Of a stretch of DNA of 57,662 nt, positions 30,132 through 39,714 are shown in pieces. A model generated the notes under the pieces. The model had not been told where the DNA came from. It made no database searches and saw only the letters and a program-made list of their open reading frames with translations. Position 1 is the first letter of the stretch; every line of letters starts with the position of its first letter. A program made the position numbers and the translations under genes. The stretch covers positions 1 to 57,662 of the forward strand of contig JBKGZT010000001.1 in assembly GCA_046543235.1 (NCBI GenBank), written 5' to 3'. This DNA comes from Candidatus Acetothermia bacterium (lineage in GTDB: Bacteria > Bipolaricaulota > Bipolaricaulia > M55B111).

Positions 30132-30157
30132 GGGAAGGGGTGTGACAGGGGTAAGGG
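30132..30157 (+). other. Canonical G-quadruplex motif in the rpsG-fusA spacer
   Basis: GGGaaGGGGtgtgacaGGGGtaaGGG (loops of 2, 7 and 3 nt) on the mRNA-sense strand, 11 nt before the fusA ATG. A competing hairpin is possible: cccctg (30117-30122) with cagggg (30146-30151). Confidence 0.3.
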
Positions 30158-30167
30158 TTATATAATT

Positions 30168-32297
30168 ATGACAATGACGAAACAGAGAACGGATGCCATC
30201 GTGGACGAGGAGATCAGGGACGAGGAGCTAGAGGAACTACGGAACATCGGGATAATGGCGCATATCGATGCGGGGAAGACGACGGCCACCGAGCGCATGT
30301 TGTATTACACCGGCCGTACTTACAAGATTGGGGAGGTTCATGACGGGGACGCAGAGATGGACTGGATGGATCAGGAAAAAGAAAGAGGGATAACGATTAC
30401 GTCCGCCGCTACCACCTGTCACTGGCGAGAGCACCAGATCAATATAATTGATACCCCCGGCCACGTAGATTTTACCGCCGAAGTGGAAAGGTCACTTAGG
30501 GTGCTGGACGGGGCCGTCGCGCTCTTTTCAGGCGTGGAAATGGTCGAATCCCAGTCCGAGAAGGTCTGGAGGCAGGCCGACCGTTACGAAATTCCGAGGA
30601 TTGCTTTTGTCAACAAGCTGGACAGGACGGAATCCAGGTACGATAAGACGATAGAAATGATCGAGGAGCGGTTAGGGGTCACCACCCTGCCGCTTCAATT
30701 AGTTTATAGGGACGATTCGGACGAGCTGATTGGGATGATAGATTTGATAAAGCACTCCCTGCTTACCTGGGATCAAGAGACGAAGGGAGCGGAGTACGAG
30801 GAGCACCCGGTTCCCGACGATATACGGGGAAAGGTGGAGAGGTGGCAGGACGACCTGTTCGAAGAGCTCGCCCACCACGATGACGAGTTCATGATGAAGT
30901 ACCTGGATGAAGAAAAAATACCCGAGGACCTGATTCACCGTGCGATCAGAAAGGCTACGATAGAAGGCTCGGCCGTTCCCGTTTTGGGGGGTTCGGCCCT
31001 CAAAAACGTCGGAGTTCAGCCAATCCTGGATGCGGTCGTCAATTACCTGCCGAGCCCAAACGACGTCCCGGCCGTGGAAGGTTACGATGTAGGAGGGGAG
31101 GATTCCGAGGAGAAGGTACGTCGCTTCCCCTCTCCCGAGCAGCCTTTTGCGAGCCTAGCCTTCAAAGTAACGACGGACCAGTACACCGGTACGATGATTT
31201 ACTTGAGAATATATTCCGGTGTCCTGGAGGAGGGGGATAATCTTTATAATCCCAACTCCGAAAAGCGCGAAAGGGTATCTCGTATGTTCCATATGCACGC
31301 AAATCGAAGGGAGAGGATTGAAAAGGCGAAAGCAGGAGATATCGTGGCCGTCGTTGGGCCTGACCATACGTCGACCGGAGAGACGCTCTGCAGTATCGAC
31401 GATCCCGTCGTCCTGCAGAGGATAGAATTTCCCGATCCAGTCATCTCCGTAGCGATTGAGCCTCGAAGGGAAGCCGATGAGGACAGGCTGAACAGCGCCA
31501 TTAACAAGCTCGCCAAAGAGGACCCGACATTCAAAGTAGAGGCAGACCCTGATTCGAATCAGACCATCATTTCCGGTATGGGTGAACTACACTTGGAAAT
31601 CCTGACCAGGCGGCTGAAAGAAGAATTTAACGTCGATGCCCAGGTCGGAAAACCGAGCGTGACTTACCGGGAAACGATCCGGTCGGAGTCGGATATCGAT
31701 GAGGAGTTTGCGAAACAGTCGGGCGGTAGGGGCCAGTACGCCAGAGTCAAGGTCAAATTTGAACCCCTGGAAAGGGGTTCCGGAGTTGAGTTCGAGAGCA
31801 CGATCCGAGAGGGAAGGGTACCCAAGGAGTACATTAAGTCGGTCGAATCGGGAATCAGGGAAGCTCTGGGAAGCGGAAAACTGGCCGGCTATGCAGTGAC
31901 CGACGTCAAGGCTACCCTGTACGACGGCGATCACCATCCGGTAGATTCGTCCGATATCGCGTTTAAGGCAGCTGCCTCCAGAGCCACCGCTCGAGCTTTA
32001 AAAGGAAATTCCAAGCTGCTTGAGCCGATCATGGAGGGCGAGGCTTTCGTTCCTCCGGATCACGTGGGGGACGTCATGGAAGACATCTCAAAACGCCGGG
32101 GAGAGGTGTCCGGTATAGAGAACCGCGAGGGGGTTCAGCTGATAGAGTTCGAGCTGCCGCTGGCGGAATCCTTCGGTTATGCTACGAGGATTCGCTCCAT
32201 TACCCGGGGTAGGGGAACCTATTCGTTGAGTTTTTCTCACTACGAAGTAGTTCCAGAGAAGGTAAAAGAAGAAATATTAAATAAACGAGGTTATTAA
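30168..32297 (+). CDS. fusA: Elongation factor G
   Basis: G1 AHIDAGKTT, G3 DTPGHVDF, G4 NKLD. Start is ATG 30168 (MTMTKQR); the tracked ORF start at 30084 lies in spacer sequence. Confidence 0.95.
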   Translation: MTMTKQRTDAIVDEEIRDEELEELRNIGIMAHIDAGKTTATERMLYYTGRTYKIGEVHDGDAEMDWMDQEKERGITITSAATTCHWREHQINIIDTPGHVDFTAEVERSLRVLDGAVALFSGVEMVESQSEKVWRQADRYEIPRIAFVNKLDRTESRYDKTIEMIEERLGVTTLPLQLVYRDDSDELIGMIDLIKHSLLTWDQETKGAEYEEHPVPDDIRGKVERWQDDLFEELAHHDDEFMMKYLDEEKIPEDLIHRAIRKATIEGSAVPVLGGSALKNVGVQPILDAVVNYLPSPNDVPAVEGYDVGGEDSEEKVRRFPSPEQPFASLAFKVTTDQYTGTMIYLRIYSGVLEEGDNLYNPNSEKRERVSRMFHMHANRRERIEKAKAGDIVAVVGPDHTSTGETLCSIDDPVVLQRIEFPDPVISVAIEPRREADEDRLNSAINKLAKEDPTFKVEADPDSNQTIISGMGELHLEILTRRLKEEFNVDAQVGKPSVTYRETIRSESDIDEEFAKQSGGRGQYARVKVKFEPLERGSGVEFESTIREGRVPKEYIKSVESGIREALGSGKLAGYAVTDVKATLYDGDHHPVDSSDIAFKAAASRATARALKGNSKLLEPIMEGEAFVPPDHVGDVMEDISKRRGEVSGIENREGVQLIEFELPLAESFGYATRIRSITRGRGTYSLSFSHYEVVPEKVKEEILNKRGY

Positions 32298-32299
32298 AA

Positions 32300-32608
32300 A
32301 TGGCAAGAGAAAAAATTCGAATAAAGCTCAAGGGGTACGATCACGAACTGGTCGATAGGTCCGTGAAAAAAATCGTTTCCACCGCCGAGGAAACCAGGGC
32401 GAAGATCTCCGGTCCCGTACCGCTTCCGACCGATAGAAAGCTCTATACGGTCCTGAAGTCGCCTCACGTAAATAAGACTTCGATGGAGCACTTTGAACGC
32501 CGGATTCATAATAGGTTGATCGATATCCAGGAACCCACTTCTGAAACCATAAATGCGCTCATGGATATCGAGTTGCCTACAGGTATAGACGTAGAGATAA
32601 AGTTATAA
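32300..32608 (+). CDS. rpsJ: 30S ribosomal protein S10
   Basis: IRIKLKGYDHELVD, 102 aa, at the head of the S10 cluster. Confidence 0.95.
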   Translation: MAREKIRIKLKGYDHELVDRSVKKIVSTAEETRAKISGPVPLPTDRKLYTVLKSPHVNKTSMEHFERRIHNRLIDIQEPTSETINALMDIELPTGIDVEIKL

Positions 32609-32643
32609 ACAGCCCAGCTAAGACAAATCTGGAGGTTAACAAA

Positions 32644-33267
32644 ATGTTAGGGACGTTAGGGGAAAAAGTTGGAATGACTCAGTACTACGATGACTCTGGT
32701 GCTGCCGTGGGGGCAACCGTAATCAAAACAGAGCCCGCAGTAGTGGTTCAGGTAAAGACCCGAGAAAAAGACGGTTACAGGGCAGTTCAGCTTGGTTACA
32801 AGGACACGGAAAAGCGGAAGCTAACCAAGCCCATGAAGGGGCACTTTGAGAAACACGGCGTAAGTCCGAAGAAGTTCCTCGCGGAATTTCAGGTAGAAGA
32901 CCCGGAGGAATACAGTTCAGGGGAAGAGATCAGCGTGGGGCTCTTTGAGGAAGGAGGAAAGGTTGACGTTACCGGAAATTCCAAGGGCAAAGGTTTTCAG
33001 GGAGTTGTCAAGAGGTGGAATTTCTCCGGTGGGCCCAAGACGCATGGCTCTCGTTTCCACAGGAAGCCCGGTTCCGTAGGGATGTGTGTGGAACCAGGAA
33101 GGGTGCTCAAGGGTCATAAGCTGCCGGGAAGGACGGGTGATGAAAGAGTCACGATTCAGAACCTCAAGGTGTTGCGGGTTGACGAAGATGAAGACCTTCT
33201 GGTGGTTAAGGGTTCGGTCCCGGGACCTCGGGAGAATATTTTAAGGATCAGGAGTACCAATGATTAA
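32644..33267 (+). CDS. rplC: 50S ribosomal protein L3
   Basis: GMTQYYDDSG and FQGVVKRWNFSGGPKTHGS motifs. Confidence 0.95.
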   Translation: MLGTLGEKVGMTQYYDDSGAAVGATVIKTEPAVVVQVKTREKDGYRAVQLGYKDTEKRKLTKPMKGHFEKHGVSPKKFLAEFQVEDPEEYSSGEEISVGLFEEGGKVDVTGNSKGKGFQGVVKRWNFSGGPKTHGSRFHRKPGSVGMCVEPGRVLKGHKLPGRTGDERVTIQNLKVLRVDEDEDLLVVKGSVPGPRENILRIRSTND

Positions 33268-33907
33268 CGTCGAAGTGAAGGATACCGAGGGTGGCAGTGG
33301 CGAAGCAATGGAGGTTTCGGAAGAACTGCTCGGGTTAGATTTTCATAAGGACCTGCTTTATCGGGCCGTCAAAGCTTATAGGACCAACGGTAGGTCGGGT
33401 TCCGCCAACACGAAGGATAGGTCGGAAGTAAAGAGCTCTAACAGGAAACCGTGGCGACAAAAGGGAACTGGCCGAGCGAGGCATGGTTCGAGGGCGTCTC
33501 CTCTTTGGAGTGGTGGTGGGGTCATCTTTGGTCCGAATCCGAAGGACTACGAGATGGATCTCCCCAAGAAGATGAGACACAAGGCAATTAGGAGCGCCCT
33601 TTCGACTAGGTATTCGGAGGGAAACCTGTTCGTGGTTGAAAGATTGGACTTTGAGGAACCCAAAACCAAAAGAGGCCTCGCCATCCTGGACGAGTTTGAT
33701 CTCCCCCGGGATACGCTTATAATTGTCTCTCAGGAAGAGAACGACTGGAAGATTGCCAAAAGCTTCAGCAACATTCCAGATGCACTTTATGCTTCCACTT
33801 CCCAGGTCAACACGTACGATATCCTAAAACACGAGGGGATCCTTCTAACAAGAGGCGCGGTCAGGGAGTTAGAGGAAGTCCTTCTCGACAAAAGCAAGGT
33901 AAGATAG
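33260..33907 (+). CDS. rplD: 50S ribosomal protein L4
   Basis: KPWRQKGTGRARHGS motif and synteny. Confidence 0.95.
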   Translation: MINVEVKDTEGGSGEAMEVSEELLGLDFHKDLLYRAVKAYRTNGRSGSANTKDRSEVKSSNRKPWRQKGTGRARHGSRASPLWSGGGVIFGPNPKDYEMDLPKKMRHKAIRSALSTRYSEGNLFVVERLDFEEPKTKRGLAILDEFDLPRDTLIIVSQEENDWKIAKSFSNIPDALYASTSQVNTYDILKHEGILLTRGAVRELEEVLLDKSKVR

Positions 33908-33916
33908 GTGGTAAGA

Positions 33917-34210
33917 ATGGAGCTCAGCAGAGAGGACGTAGTGATCGAACCGATAGTTACCGAGAATTCCTGGCGGCTTCAGGAGGAAAGCAACAAATAC
34001 GTTTTTCGGGTCCACCCGGAGGCGAACAAGATCATGGTAAGGGAAGCCGTCGAGGAGCTTTTTGACGTTGAGGTGCTGGACGTAAACACCATGAACATGA
34101 ATGGAAAGCCTAAGAGAGAGCAGTTGAATCAGGAGAAGGGCAAGACGGGTTCCTGGAAGAAGGCCTACGTAAGGCTTTCCGAAGGGGATCGGATTGATAT
34201 ATTTGGATAG
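33917..34210 (+). CDS. rplW: 50S ribosomal protein L23
   Basis: VIEPIVTENS and KKAYVRLSEG motifs. ATG 33917 has an AGGTGG SD; GTG 33908 is an alternative start. Confidence 0.9.
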   Translation: MELSREDVVIEPIVTENSWRLQEESNKYVFRVHPEANKIMVREAVEELFDVEVLDVNTMNMNGKPKREQLNQEKGKTGSWKKAYVRLSEGDRIDIFG

Positions 34211-34225
34211 GTATAGGGTGAAAAC

Positions 34226-35062
34226 ATGGGAATAAAGAGGTTTAAACCGGTTACTCCAGCCAAGAGGCACGCCGAGGTCACGAATTACGAAGAACTAACT
34301 ACCGACGAGCCGGAGGAGTCCCTGCTTGAACCACTGAAGAAGACCGGTGGCAGGAACAACCAGGGAAAACAGACGGTTCGCGGTCGCAGCGGAGGCCACA
34401 AGAGGAAGTACAGGAGGATCGATTTCCAGCGGGACAAGGAAGGGGTAAAAGGGAAGGTATTGAGCCGCGAGTACGATCCGAACAGATCAGCTTGGATTAC
34501 CCTCTTACAGTACGAAGACGGAGAAAAACGGTACATAATTTCTCCTCTCAAGCTAGAGATCGGGGATATGGTAGAAGCGGGGACGGAGGCAGAAGTTAGA
34601 CCGGGTAACGCCTTGCCGCTGCGCAGGATCCCTGCCGGAAGACCGATCCATAACCTGGAGTTCTCTCCCGGTACGGGAGGGCAGATTGCCCGCTCTGCCG
34701 GCGTCGATGCCAGGGTCGTTGCAAAGGATCCGGAGAAAATCGACGTGAAGTTGCCATCCGGAGAGGTCCGATCTTTTGATCCGGAATGCAAGGCGACTGT
34801 CGGTCAGGTAAGCAATCCGAGCCACAAGAACGTCAAGAGTGGCAAAGCCGGTCGGTCAAGACACCTCGGCCGTAAACCCAAGGTCAGAGGGGTAGCGAAA
34901 AACGCCGTTGACCATCCTCACGGTGGGGGCGAAGGGAGGGCCTACGTTGGACGACCGCCAGTATCCTCCACGGGAGTGCCCGCGAAAGGCGGTAAGACCA
35001 GAAAGGCAAAAGCGAGCGACAAGAAAATCATCAGGAGACGGACTAATAAAGAGAGGGGGTAA
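34226..35062 (+). CDS. rplB: 50S ribosomal protein L2
   Basis: GGRNNQGKQTVRGRSGGHKRKYR and HPHGGGEGR motifs. Confidence 0.97.
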   Translation: MGIKRFKPVTPAKRHAEVTNYEELTTDEPEESLLEPLKKTGGRNNQGKQTVRGRSGGHKRKYRRIDFQRDKEGVKGKVLSREYDPNRSAWITLLQYEDGEKRYIISPLKLEIGDMVEAGTEAEVRPGNALPLRRIPAGRPIHNLEFSPGTGGQIARSAGVDARVVAKDPEKIDVKLPSGEVRSFDPECKATVGQVSNPSHKNVKSGKAGRSRHLGRKPKVRGVAKNAVDHPHGGGEGRAYVGRPPVSSTGVPAKGGKTRKAKASDKKIIRRRTNKERG

Positions 35063-35065
35063 GAA

Positions 35066-35353
35066 ATGCCAAGGTCAGTAAAAAAAGGACCGTATATAAA
35101 GGATAGTCTGGAAGAGAAGGTGGAACGTGCAAAGACCGGTGAGATCGAGGAGATAAAGACCTGGTCGAGGGACTCGGTTATACTTCCAAAGATGGTTGGC
35201 CTGACGATTAAGGTACACAACGGACGCGATCACGTTCCCGTCGAAATATCAGAGAACATGGTCGGGCACAAACTTGGGGAATTTGCTTCTACAAGGACGT
35301 TCCGGGAACACGGCGGTATCAAGAAGAAAGAACCCGTTACGCCGGTAGGTTAG
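35066..35353 (+). CDS. rpsS: 30S ribosomal protein S19
   Basis: [11 protein letters not shown] and [13 protein letters not shown]. Confidence 0.95.
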   Translation: MPRSVKKGPYIKDSLEEKVERAKTGEIEEIKTWSRDSVILPKMVGLTIKVHNGRDHVPVEISENMVGHKLGEFASTRTFREHGGIKKKEPVTPVG

Positions 35354-35354
35354 T

Positions 35355-35693
35355 ATGAAAGAAGCCAAAGCAATTACCAAGAACGTCAGGATATCTCCTA
35401 AAAAGGCGAGACCGGTTGCCGATGCGGTAAGGGGGAAGACGGTGGATGAGGCGTTAAAGACCGTCAAGTTCTCGAAGAAGAAAGCCGCCCGGTTTTTGCA
35501 GGATACTCTGGAGTCGGCAGTCGCAAATGCTCAGCACAACCATGACATGGCCGTCGATAAGCTAAAGGTAAAGGAGGCTGCAATTGACGAGGGGCAAACG
35601 ATGAAGCGGATGAAGCCAAGGGCTCAGGGAAGGGCAGACGTAATGAAGAGAAGGCAGAGTCATATAAAAGTGATCCTAGTGGAGGAAGAATAA
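35355..35693 (+). CDS. rplV: 50S ribosomal protein L22
   Basis: ISPKKARPVADAVRGK and synteny. Confidence 0.95.
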   Translation: MKEAKAITKNVRISPKKARPVADAVRGKTVDEALKTVKFSKKKAARFLQDTLESAVANAQHNHDMAVDKLKVKEAAIDEGQTMKRMKPRAQGRADVMKRRQSHIKVILVEEE

Positions 35694-36349
35694 TGGGACA
35701 GAAGATAAATCCGGTCGGTTTTCGGGTTGGGGTAAATAAGAAGTGGGAATCTAACTGGTACAGTGACGAAAGGGCCCCGGAGTACGTGGCTGAGGATCGC
35801 GAAATCCGAGATATAATTGAGGAAAGATACAGGGGAGCAGGCATCGCGAAGGTCAGCATAGAACGTCCGAGGGACGACAGGATTTCTATAATAATCGTCT
35901 CGGCGCGGCCCGGGATCATAATCGGAAAGGGTGGGAGCGAAATAAACAAGTTCCAGAAGGAACTGGGCGAACTGACGGACAGGAACGTGAACATCTCGGT
36001 AAAAGAAGCCGACGATCCCCACCTGCAGGCACAGCTTATCGCTCAGGAGGTCGCCTTCCAGATAGAAAACAGAATACCCCCGAGCAGAGCGATGAAGGAA
36101 GTGATCTCCCGCTCCATGTCGAAGGGAGCAAAAGGCGTGAAAGTTAAGTGCTCGGGTAGAATTGGAGGCGCCAACCTGGCGAGGTCAGTCTCTCAAGACG
36201 AGGGAAGAATCCCTCTTCAGACGATTAGGGCTGACATCGATTACGGTTTTATCGAGGCCAGGACTAAGTACGGACCGATCGGAGTGAAGGCTTGGGTGTT
36301 TAGAGAGGAGATACTGCCTGAGGGAGTCCCCGAGGGATTGAGTCTTTAA
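35693..36349 (+). CDS. rpsC: 30S ribosomal protein S3
   Basis: MGQKINPVGFRVG N-terminus and KH domain. Confidence 0.95.
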   Translation: MGQKINPVGFRVGVNKKWESNWYSDERAPEYVAEDREIRDIIEERYRGAGIAKVSIERPRDDRISIIIVSARPGIIIGKGGSEINKFQKELGELTDRNVNISVKEADDPHLQAQLIAQEVAFQIENRIPPSRAMKEVISRSMSKGAKGVKVKCSGRIGGANLARSVSQDEGRIPLQTIRADIDYGFIEARTKYGPIGVKAWVFREEILPEGVPEGLSL

Positions 36350-36376
36350 TTCTTAACAAGGTAAGGATGGTTTTAA

Positions 36377-36805
36377 ATGGCACTATATCCAGCTGATACG
36401 AAACACAGAAAGCAGCAACGGGGTCGGACCAAGGGAGAGGCAAGCAGGGGTAATACCGTGTCTTTTGGCGAGTACGGAATTCAGGCGACGGACCCCGGCT
36501 GGTTGACGAGTAAGCAGATAGAGACGGCAAGGATGACTCTCGCACACGAAACACAGCGTGATTCGAAGATCTGGGTCAGGGTTTTCCCTGACAAGCCGAT
36601 AACCAAGACACCTGCCGAAACCAGGATGGGTAAAGGGAAAGGTGAACCGGCCGAATGGGTAGCGGTTATCAGGCCGGGGAGGATCGTCTTCGAATTTTCC
36701 GGGGTGGATTTAGAAAAGGCCAAGCGGCTTCATAAACTGGTTTCCTATAAGCTACCGCTGAAAACCAGGCTCAAGGAAAGGCTGAAACTGGGAGGAGAAA
36801 AATGA
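36377..36805 (+). CDS. rplP: 50S ribosomal protein L16
   Basis: [12 protein letters not shown] and [21 protein letters not shown]. Confidence 0.95.
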   Translation: MALYPADTKHRKQQRGRTKGEASRGNTVSFGEYGIQATDPGWLTSKQIETARMTLAHETQRDSKIWVRVFPDKPITKTPAETRMGKGKGEPAEWVAVIRPGRIVFEFSGVDLEKAKRLHKLVSYKLPLKTRLKERLKLGGEK

Positions 36806-37002
36806 GGCCGGCCGAGATTCGGGATATGACTGACGAAGAGCTACAGGAGAAAGCCGGGGAGTTAAAGGAAAAGCTGTTCAACTTGAGATTTCAGAAGTCT
36901 ACCGGCGAACTGGATAATACAGCTGAATTGAAGAAGACTAAAAAGGATATAGCCAGAGTAAAAACGATCCAGAGGGAAAGAGAAAGCGAAGGAGTGGAGT
37001 AA
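36802..37002 (+). CDS. rpmC: 50S ribosomal protein L29
   Basis: 66 aa, LKEKLFNLRFQ motif. ATGA overlap with rplP. Confidence 0.9.
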   Translation: MRPAEIRDMTDEELQEKAGELKEKLFNLRFQKSTGELDNTAELKKTKKDIARVKTIQRERESEGVE

Positions 37003-37003
37003 G

Positions 37004-37255
37004 ATGAAAAAGAAAAAGAAAGGTAGAGTCCTTAGCGCGTCCATGGACAAGACCATAACGGTTGCCGTAGATACCCAGAGGCAGCATCCTCGTTACAAGA
37101 AGTATTTGAAGCAGCGTTCGAAGTTCTATGCTCACGACGAGGAGGAAGAGGCCAAGGAAGGCGATCGGGTTCTGATCAGCGAAACTAGGCCGACCAGCAA
37201 GAAAAAGAGGTGGAAGCTGGAAAAGGTACTGGAAGAGACGGGAGGGGAATCGTGA
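37004..37255 (+). CDS. rpsQ: 30S ribosomal protein S17
   Basis: [16 protein letters not shown] and [20 protein letters not shown]. Confidence 0.93.
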   Translation: MKKKKKGRVLSASMDKTITVAVDTQRQHPRYKKYLKQRSKFYAHDEEEEAKEGDRVLISETRPTSKKKRWKLEKVLEETGGES

Positions 37256-37620
37256 TCCAGCAAGAGACGGAATTAAAGGTCGCCGATAACTCCGGTGCGA
37301 AGCGGTTAAGGTGTATCAACGTTCTCGGGCAGTCCAACGAGAACAGGGGCGAAATAGGGGACGTAATTATAGCTTCCGTCAAGAAGCGAATCCCGGATAG
37401 CGACCTGGAAAAGGGAGAAATAGTCAGGGCCGTTATCGTCAGGACTAACAGTAATTTTCGCAGGAAGGACGGGTCCTACATACGGTTTGACGACAACGCG
37501 GCGGTACTGGTCGACGAGAGGATGGAGCCAGTTGGGACGAGGATATTTGGCCCAGTGACCAGGGAGTTAAGAGAAGGTAACATGTTACGCATCATATCCC
37601 TGGCTCCCGAGGTTCTTTAG
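37252..37620 (+). CDS. rplN: 50S ribosomal protein L14
   Basis: (V)[19 protein letters not shown] 37252 overlaps the rpsQ stop (GTGA). The tracked start 37210 lies inside rpsQ. Confidence 0.93.
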   Translation: MIQQETELKVADNSGAKRLRCINVLGQSNENRGEIGDVIIASVKKRIPDSDLEKGEIVRAVIVRTNSNFRRKDGSYIRFDDNAAVLVDERMEPVGTRIFGPVTRELREGNMLRIISLAPEVL

Positions 37621-37630
37621 GAGGTAAATT

Positions 37631-37942
37631 ATGAGGAAGATCCAAAAAGGTGATCGGGTCAAGGTAATTTCAGGTAACGATAAAGGTAAAGAAGGTGAAG
37701 TGCTCAGAGTCGATCCGAAAAACAATAGAATAGTGGTTGAAAACGTGAATTTCCGCCTGAGGCATCAGCAAAGAACCCAGCAGCAGAAGGAGCCCGGGAT
37801 TATAGAAAGGGAAGAACCGATAGATATTTCCAACGTTCTGCCTGTCTGTCCATCCTGTGGAGAACCTACTCGGGTCGGTTTTGACGAGGCAGGAGGGGAG
37901 AAGGTCAGGGTCTGCAAGAATTGTGAGGGGGTTCTGGAATAA
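37631..37942 (+). CDS. rplX: 50S ribosomal protein L24 (zinc-ribbon form)
   Basis: KOW motif IQKGDRVKVISGNDKGKEG. C-terminal CPSCG...CKNCEG, as in the Thermus-type L24. Confidence 0.93.
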   Translation: MRKIQKGDRVKVISGNDKGKEGEVLRVDPKNNRIVVENVNFRLRHQQRTQQQKEPGIIEREEPIDISNVLPVCPSCGEPTRVGFDEAGGEKVRVCKNCEGVLE

Positions 37943-37945
37943 GCG

Positions 37946-38476
37946 ATGCTCAAGGAAAAGTACGAAGACGAGGTCAGGGATAAGCTGATGAACGAACTGG
38001 GCTACGATAACCCGATGGAAGTTCCCGAGGTGGAAAAGGTAGTCGTCAACATGGGGATCTCTGAACGGGAAGATCCCGGCATTCTTGACGGGGCCATGGA
38101 AAACCTGAAGACGATAACCGGACAGAAGCCCGTCGTAACCAGGGCGAGGAAGTCGATTTCCGATTTCGATATCCGAAAGGGAGTACCCGTTGGTTGTAAG
38201 GTCACCTTGAGGAAAAGGAGAGCGTACGAATTTTTAAACAAGCTTTATAATCTCGCTCTGCCCAGTATCAGGGACTTTCGTGGGCTTTCCCCTGACTCAT
38301 TTGATGGGAGGGGGAATTACAGTCTGGGGATAGACGAACAGCTCGTCTTTCCGGAAGTTACGTTTGACGACGTGAGGCAGGTTCAGGGAATGGACATAAC
38401 CATCGTGACCAGTGCCGAGACGGATAGAGAGGGCTATTATCTCCTGGATCAGCTTGGTTCCCCGTTTAGAGAATAA
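37946..38476 (+). CDS. rplE: 50S ribosomal protein L5
   Basis: [18 protein letters not shown] and [12 protein letters not shown] motifs. Confidence 0.95.
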   Translation: MLKEKYEDEVRDKLMNELGYDNPMEVPEVEKVVVNMGISEREDPGILDGAMENLKTITGQKPVVTRARKSISDFDIRKGVPVGCKVTLRKRRAYEFLNKLYNLALPSIRDFRGLSPDSFDGRGNYSLGIDEQLVFPEVTFDDVRQVQGMDITIVTSAETDREGYYLLDQLGSPFRE

Positions 38477-38488
38477 GAGGAGGATATT

Positions 38489-38674
38489 ATGGCGCGAAAA
38501 GCCTTAGTGGAAAGGTCGAAAAAAGAGAAAAAATACGACGTCAGGGACAACAACAGATGTAATATCTGTGGTCGTTCCAGAGGCTACATCAGGGATTTCG
38601 GAATATGTCGTGTTTGCTTTCGGGAGCTCGCTCACAAAGGGGAGCTGCCGGGGGTACAAAAAGCTAGCTGGTAA
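38489..38674 (+). CDS. rpsZ: 30S ribosomal protein S14, zinc-binding type Z
   Basis: 61 aa, [23 protein letters not shown]. Confidence 0.95.
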   Translation: MARKALVERSKKEKKYDVRDNNRCNICGRSRGYIRDFGICRVCFRELAHKGELPGVQKASW

Positions 38675-38700
38675 AGGTAAGAAATACCGGGAGGAAGAAC

Positions 38701-39099
38701 ATGACCACGCAGGACCCAATTGGTGACATGATAACCAGGATAAGAAATTCCAGTCGGATGGGACATGAGTCAGTTTCCCTGCCTGGTTCGAGTTTGAAGG
38801 AATCAATTGCCGAAGTACTGGCGGGGGAAGGATTTGTCGAAGGTTACGAGGTAGAGGAAAGAGAGGGAAATAAAAAGACCCTTACGGTCAACCTGAGTTA
38901 TCGGGACGGTGAGCCGGTGATCGAAGGGATAGAGCGGGAGAGCAAACCGTCAAGGCGCGTTTACGTCTCCAGGGACGAAATACCGCGCGTCTTAGGTGGA
39001 CTGGGAACGGCCGTGCTAAGTACTTCCATGGGGTTAATGAGCGGCGAGAAAGCCAGGGAAGAAGGCGTTGGCGGGGAACTGCTCTTGAAGGTTTGGTGA
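38701..39099 (+). CDS. rpsH: 30S ribosomal protein S8
   Basis: DPIGDMITRIRN N-terminus, 132 aa. Confidence 0.95.
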   Translation: MTTQDPIGDMITRIRNSSRMGHESVSLPGSSLKESIAEVLAGEGFVEGYEVEEREGNKKTLTVNLSYRDGEPVIEGIERESKPSRRVYVSRDEIPRVLGGLGTAVLSTSMGLMSGEKAREEGVGGELLLKVW

Positions 39100-39109
39100 G
39101 GTGATTTAG

Positions 39110-39673
39110 ATGTCCAAGGTAGGAAAAGCGCCGATTGAAATACCAGAGGAAGTCGAACTTTCCCTCGAAGAAGGGGCCGTTACGGCGAGAAACGAGGACG
39201 GCCTGGAGTTCACCCAAAATTACGATCCTGATTTCGTCACCGCCGAGATGGGTGAGCAAGAATTGATAATGAAGCGAAAAGCGGACAGCAAGGAGTACAA
39301 GGAAAAGCATGGGCTTTACCGAAGCCTGGTTGCAAACATGATAGAGGGTCTCGTTGAGCCTTTCGAGAAGACTCTCGTGCTGGAGGGTCTCGGTTATCGA
39401 GTGAGGAAACAGGGAACTGACCTCGTCTTCGAACTGGGATATTCGCATCCTATCGAGTACGATCTGCCGGACAACATAGAAGCTGAGGTCGAAAACAACG
39501 ACCAGGTCACGATTAAAGGGCCGGAAAAGGAGAAAGTTGGTCAGGTAGCGGCTGACATAAGGAGTCTGCGACCTCCGGAACCCTATAAAGGCAAAGGGAT
39601 AAAGTACAAAGGGGAAGAGATAATCAGGAAAGAAGGCAAGCTCTCGGGCGGAGAAGAGGCCGAGATTGGTTAG
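39110..39673 (+). CDS. rplF: 50S ribosomal protein L6
   Basis: SKVGKAPIEIPEEV, PEPYKGKGIKYKGE. Confidence 0.95.
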   Translation: MSKVGKAPIEIPEEVELSLEEGAVTARNEDGLEFTQNYDPDFVTAEMGEQELIMKRKADSKEYKEKHGLYRSLVANMIEGLVEPFEKTLVLEGLGYRVRKQGTDLVFELGYSHPIEYDLPDNIEAEVENNDQVTIKGPEKEKVGQVAADIRSLRPPEPYKGKGIKYKGEEIIRKEGKLSGGEEAEIG

Positions 39674-39714
39674 TAAGCTCGATAGATTCGTCAAGTATAT
39701 AGGAGGATTAATCA

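Noticed and set aside
30084-30167. N-terminal extension of fusA (MSFFNYYFVWQPLNGVGKGCDRGKGYII).
   Set aside because: It is a TTG-initiated translation of G-rich spacer. EF-G homology starts after ATG 30168.
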